In this document: in pieces, positions 34,607-37,101 of the stretch
Layout: each line of letters opens with the position of its first letter
How positions within the stretch are numbered: position 1 is the first letter of the stretch
Source of the DNA: Methanobacteriota archaeon
GTDB lineage: Archaea; Thermoplasmatota; Poseidoniia; MGIII; CG-Epi1
Length of the DNA stretch: 37,101 nt
NCBI GenBank assembly: GCA_002687355.1
Contig: NYZZ01000018.1
Location: 1 to 37,101 of the forward strand
Direction: 5' to 3'
The notes under the pieces: model-generated
Seen by the model: only the letters and a program-made list of their open reading frames with translations
Databases searched by the model: none
What the model was told of the DNA's origin: nothing
Program-made: the position numbers and the translations under genes

Positions 34607-36894
34607 AACTACAGCCGCTTGAGGGCGTGGAACAGGCATTCACGGTACCGCTCGATGGAGACCTCAAGGCAGCCGCCGAAGTGCTAGGGCTGGGACTCTC
34701 GGTCACTGAGCTTGAAAAGGTACGCGACTATTTTCGCGCCGAGAAACGGGTGCCAACCGATATCGAGCTGCAAGCGATTGATCAGGCATGGTCCGAGCAC
34801 TGTTGCTACAAATCATCGCGCCCCGTTCTCGAGGAAACCGTTTTCGGACTTGATGTACCGCGCAAGGTCTTCGTGCGGGAAGATGCAGGTGTGATGGAAT
34901 TCGATGCCGACCACTACTACGTTGTTGGCCTTGAGTCACACAACCACCCTTCGGCACTCGACCCCTATGGCGGGGCGGCGACTGGTATCGGCGGAATCCT
35001 GCGCGACGTGGTCTGCATGGGTGCACAGCCAATTGCCTTGGTCGACCCGCTGTTCTTTGGGGAACTAGATCTCCCTCGCGCTGAGCTGCCTGAAGGCGTC
35101 AAACATCCACGCTACCTGATGGGAGGGGTTGTAGCTGGTATCCGCGACTACGGTAACCGTGTGGGAATACCTACAGTGGCTGGGCAAGTGGTATTCCACC
35201 CCAACTACACTGGCAACCCACTGGTGAACGTGGGCTGCATTGGTGTGATGCCGAAAGCAGAACTGATTCGCAGCCGAGCTGGCGGACCGGGTGACGTCTA
35301 CATCCTCGCCGGTGGCCGTACCGGCCGCGACGGCATCCACGGAGTGACGTTTGCGTCACGCGAACTGGAAGCAGGCTCCGAGAGCGACATTGGCGCGGTC
35401 CAGCTGGGGGATCCGATTACCAAGGAACCACTGATGCACCTCTGCCTCGAACTGAACCGAGCCGAACTACTGACCGGAATGAAGGACTTGGGCGGTGGCG
35501 GTCTCTCGTGCGTAGTCGGTGAACTGGCGCTGGATGGTGGCTGCGGTGCGCGCGTAGATTTGGAAAAGGTGCCACTCAAGCAGCCGGGAATGGCACCATG
35601 GGAAATCTGGGTTTCGGAATCACAGGAACGTATGATGTTTACCGTGCAACCTGAAAACGTCACGGAAGTGCTCGAACGATGCGCAGCGTGGGATGTTGAG
35701 GCGACCGAAATCGGAGAAGTCGTCCCCCAGAAGCGAACGTGCGTCGACTGGCACGGCACGACTGTGCTGGACCTCGACCTTGAGTTTACAACCAAGGGCC
35801 CTGCCTATCAGCGACCGGCGCTTGAACCGCAGACGCCCGAGCCTGTAGCAGCAGTAATGAAGCAACCAGACGACCTCGGAGCATTACTGCTCGAGCTGCT
35901 GGCGACCCCCGAGGTATGTTCGCGCTCGTGGATCATCCGACAATATGACCATCAAGTACGCGGATCTACTGCGCTTAATCCACTACAGGGACCGGTCGGG
36001 AACGAAGGTCCTGGAGATGCTGCCGTGCTGAAGCCTGTGGCGGATAGCTGGCGCGGACTGGCGCTGACGAGCGACGTCAATCCCTGGCTGGTGGAAGCTG
36101 ACCCCCACGCAGGAACACTACTGGCGATTGCCGAAGTATGCGGTAATCTCGCCGCTGTAGGTGCACGTATCGATTCGCTCGCCGATTGTCTTTGCTTTGG
36201 AAATCCAGAAAAACCTGAAGTGATGGGGCAGTTTCGCGCTACCTGCGAAGCGCTAGGTGAAGGCGCGCTGGCGCTTGGGGTACCGTATATCTCAGGCAAC
36301 GTTAGTTTCTACAACGAAACTTCCCAAGGTGCTGTACCGCCAACACCTGTGTTGATGGGGATTGGGCTCGTTGATGATATTCGTAACTGCGTCACGAGTG
36401 ACCTGAAACTAGAGGGGGAACTCTGGATTGTCGGTGCAACCCATGACGAATGGGGCGCTAGCCTCGCTGCAAGGCATCTTGAATTCGAGGGAGGAACGCT
36501 GCCAACGGTCGATTTCACGACACTGATTCCGCGTATGGAGGCATTGATAGATGCAATGGAGGCTGGTGAAGTAGTCGCATGCCACGACCTCTCGGCCGGA
36601 GGCCTCGCAATTGCACTGGCCGAGATGTGCCTGTCCGGTAACGGCGCAGCTATTGAGCTGTCCTCGAACTTGGATGCAATGGCCACTCTCTTCAGCGAGT
36701 CTGCTGGACGCTGGCTAGTACAGATTGCTCCGGGGCGTGAAGCAAACTTTGCAAAGCGTTTCGAACACGCGCAACGGCTCGGTACGCCCGCTGATAAGCT
36801 ATCGATAACATCCAATGACAACACACTGCTGGAGCTATCGCCGGCAGCACTGCGAGAGGCCTGGGAAGCCCCACTCTGGGAACGACTGGCCTAG
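34603..36894 (+). CDS. purL: FGAM synthase subunit PurL
   Basis: WSEHCCYKS, ESHNHPS, TGRDGIHG, DLGGGG, SESQERM, QYDH, SGNVSFYN, HDLSAGG. Confidence 0.97.
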   Translation: MKLQPLEGVEQAFTVPLDGDLKAAAEVLGLGLSVTELEKVRDYFRAEKRVPTDIELQAIDQAWSEHCCYKSSRPVLEETVFGLDVPRKVFVREDAGVMEFDADHYYVVGLESHNHPSALDPYGGAATGIGGILRDVVCMGAQPIALVDPLFFGELDLPRAELPEGVKHPRYLMGGVVAGIRDYGNRVGIPTVAGQVVFHPNYTGNPLVNVGCIGVMPKAELIRSRAGGPGDVYILAGGRTGRDGIHGVTFASRELEAGSESDIGAVQLGDPITKEPLMHLCLELNRAELLTGMKDLGGGGLSCVVGELALDGGCGARVDLEKVPLKQPGMAPWEIWVSESQERMMFTVQPENVTEVLERCAAWDVEATEIGEVVPQKRTCVDWHGTTVLDLDLEFTTKGPAYQRPALEPQTPEPVAAVMKQPDDLGALLLELLATPEVCSRSWIIRQYDHQVRGSTALNPLQGPVGNEGPGDAAVLKPVADSWRGLALTSDVNPWLVEADPHAGTLLAIAEVCGNLAAVGARIDSLADCLCFGNPEKPEVMGQFRATCEALGEGALALGVPYISGNVSFYNETSQGAVPPTPVLMGIGLVDDIRNCVTSDLKLEGELWIVGATHDEWGASLAARHLEFEGGTLPTVDFTTLIPRMEALIDAMEAGEVVACHDLSAGGLAIALAEMCLSGNGAAIELSSNLDAMATLFSESAGRWLVQIAPGREANFAKRFEHAQRLGTPADKLSITSNDNTLLELSPAALREAWEAPLWERLA

Positions 36895-36926
36895 ACGCTT
36901 TTATCAACCCCTTTGATGGCGGCGAG

Positions 36927-37101
36927 ATGACGCTCGCAGCGACGTTGATACTGCTGATTTTCATAGTTGCCTTTGTACTAATTTTAGGAGAATTTGTCCA
37001 CCGTACTTTAGCTGCATGGGGAGGAGCTGTAGCTATGCTTATTGTCGGAAAAATATATGGTACCTTAGATTGGTGCTCTGGACATGGTAGTAATCATTGT
37101 G
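36927..37101 (+). CDS. ArsB/NhaD/SLC13-type membrane transporter, N-terminal fragment (runs off window)
   Basis: MTLAATLILLIFIVAFVLILGEFVHRTLAAWGGAVAML contains the HRT.AA..GA motif; TTTTATC about 25 nt upstream. Confidence 0.7.
   Translation, partial: MTLAATLILLIFIVAFVLILGEFVHRTLAAWGGAVAMLIVGKIYGTLDWCSGHGSNHC

Overview
Gene-dense archaeal chromosomal segment. The gene set (giant AglB, archaeosortase, HmgA/FahA, bacterial-type MutS1, ThyA/FolA and PgpA, TATA boxes about 25-30 nt before start codons) fits a marine Thermoplasmatota (Marine Group II/III-type) genome; this taxonomy is inferred. From left to right: 3' end of a heme-copper oxidase subunit I; hppD copy 1 and a VOC protein; a diverged tandem-duplication scar; two surface proteins with archaeosortase-type C-terminal tails (Reeler-like CxCH protein, double-cupredoxin protein); HIT, EVE, tatA and a degenerate tatC; mutS; an M50 protease; a tyrosine/homogentisate cluster (hppD copy 2, hmgA, fahA, no maiA) interrupted by ZIP, AKR and TauE genes; a 2282-aa AglB; an unannotated 42-aa ORF; thyA-folA; a lipid/surface-anchoring block; purC, purS, purL. 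The standout is a single ORF fusing archaeosortase ArtA to phosphatidylserine decarboxylase, translationally coupled to pssA, with candidate substrates in the same window. No rRNA, intact tRNA, CRISPR array, integrase or transposase was seen.
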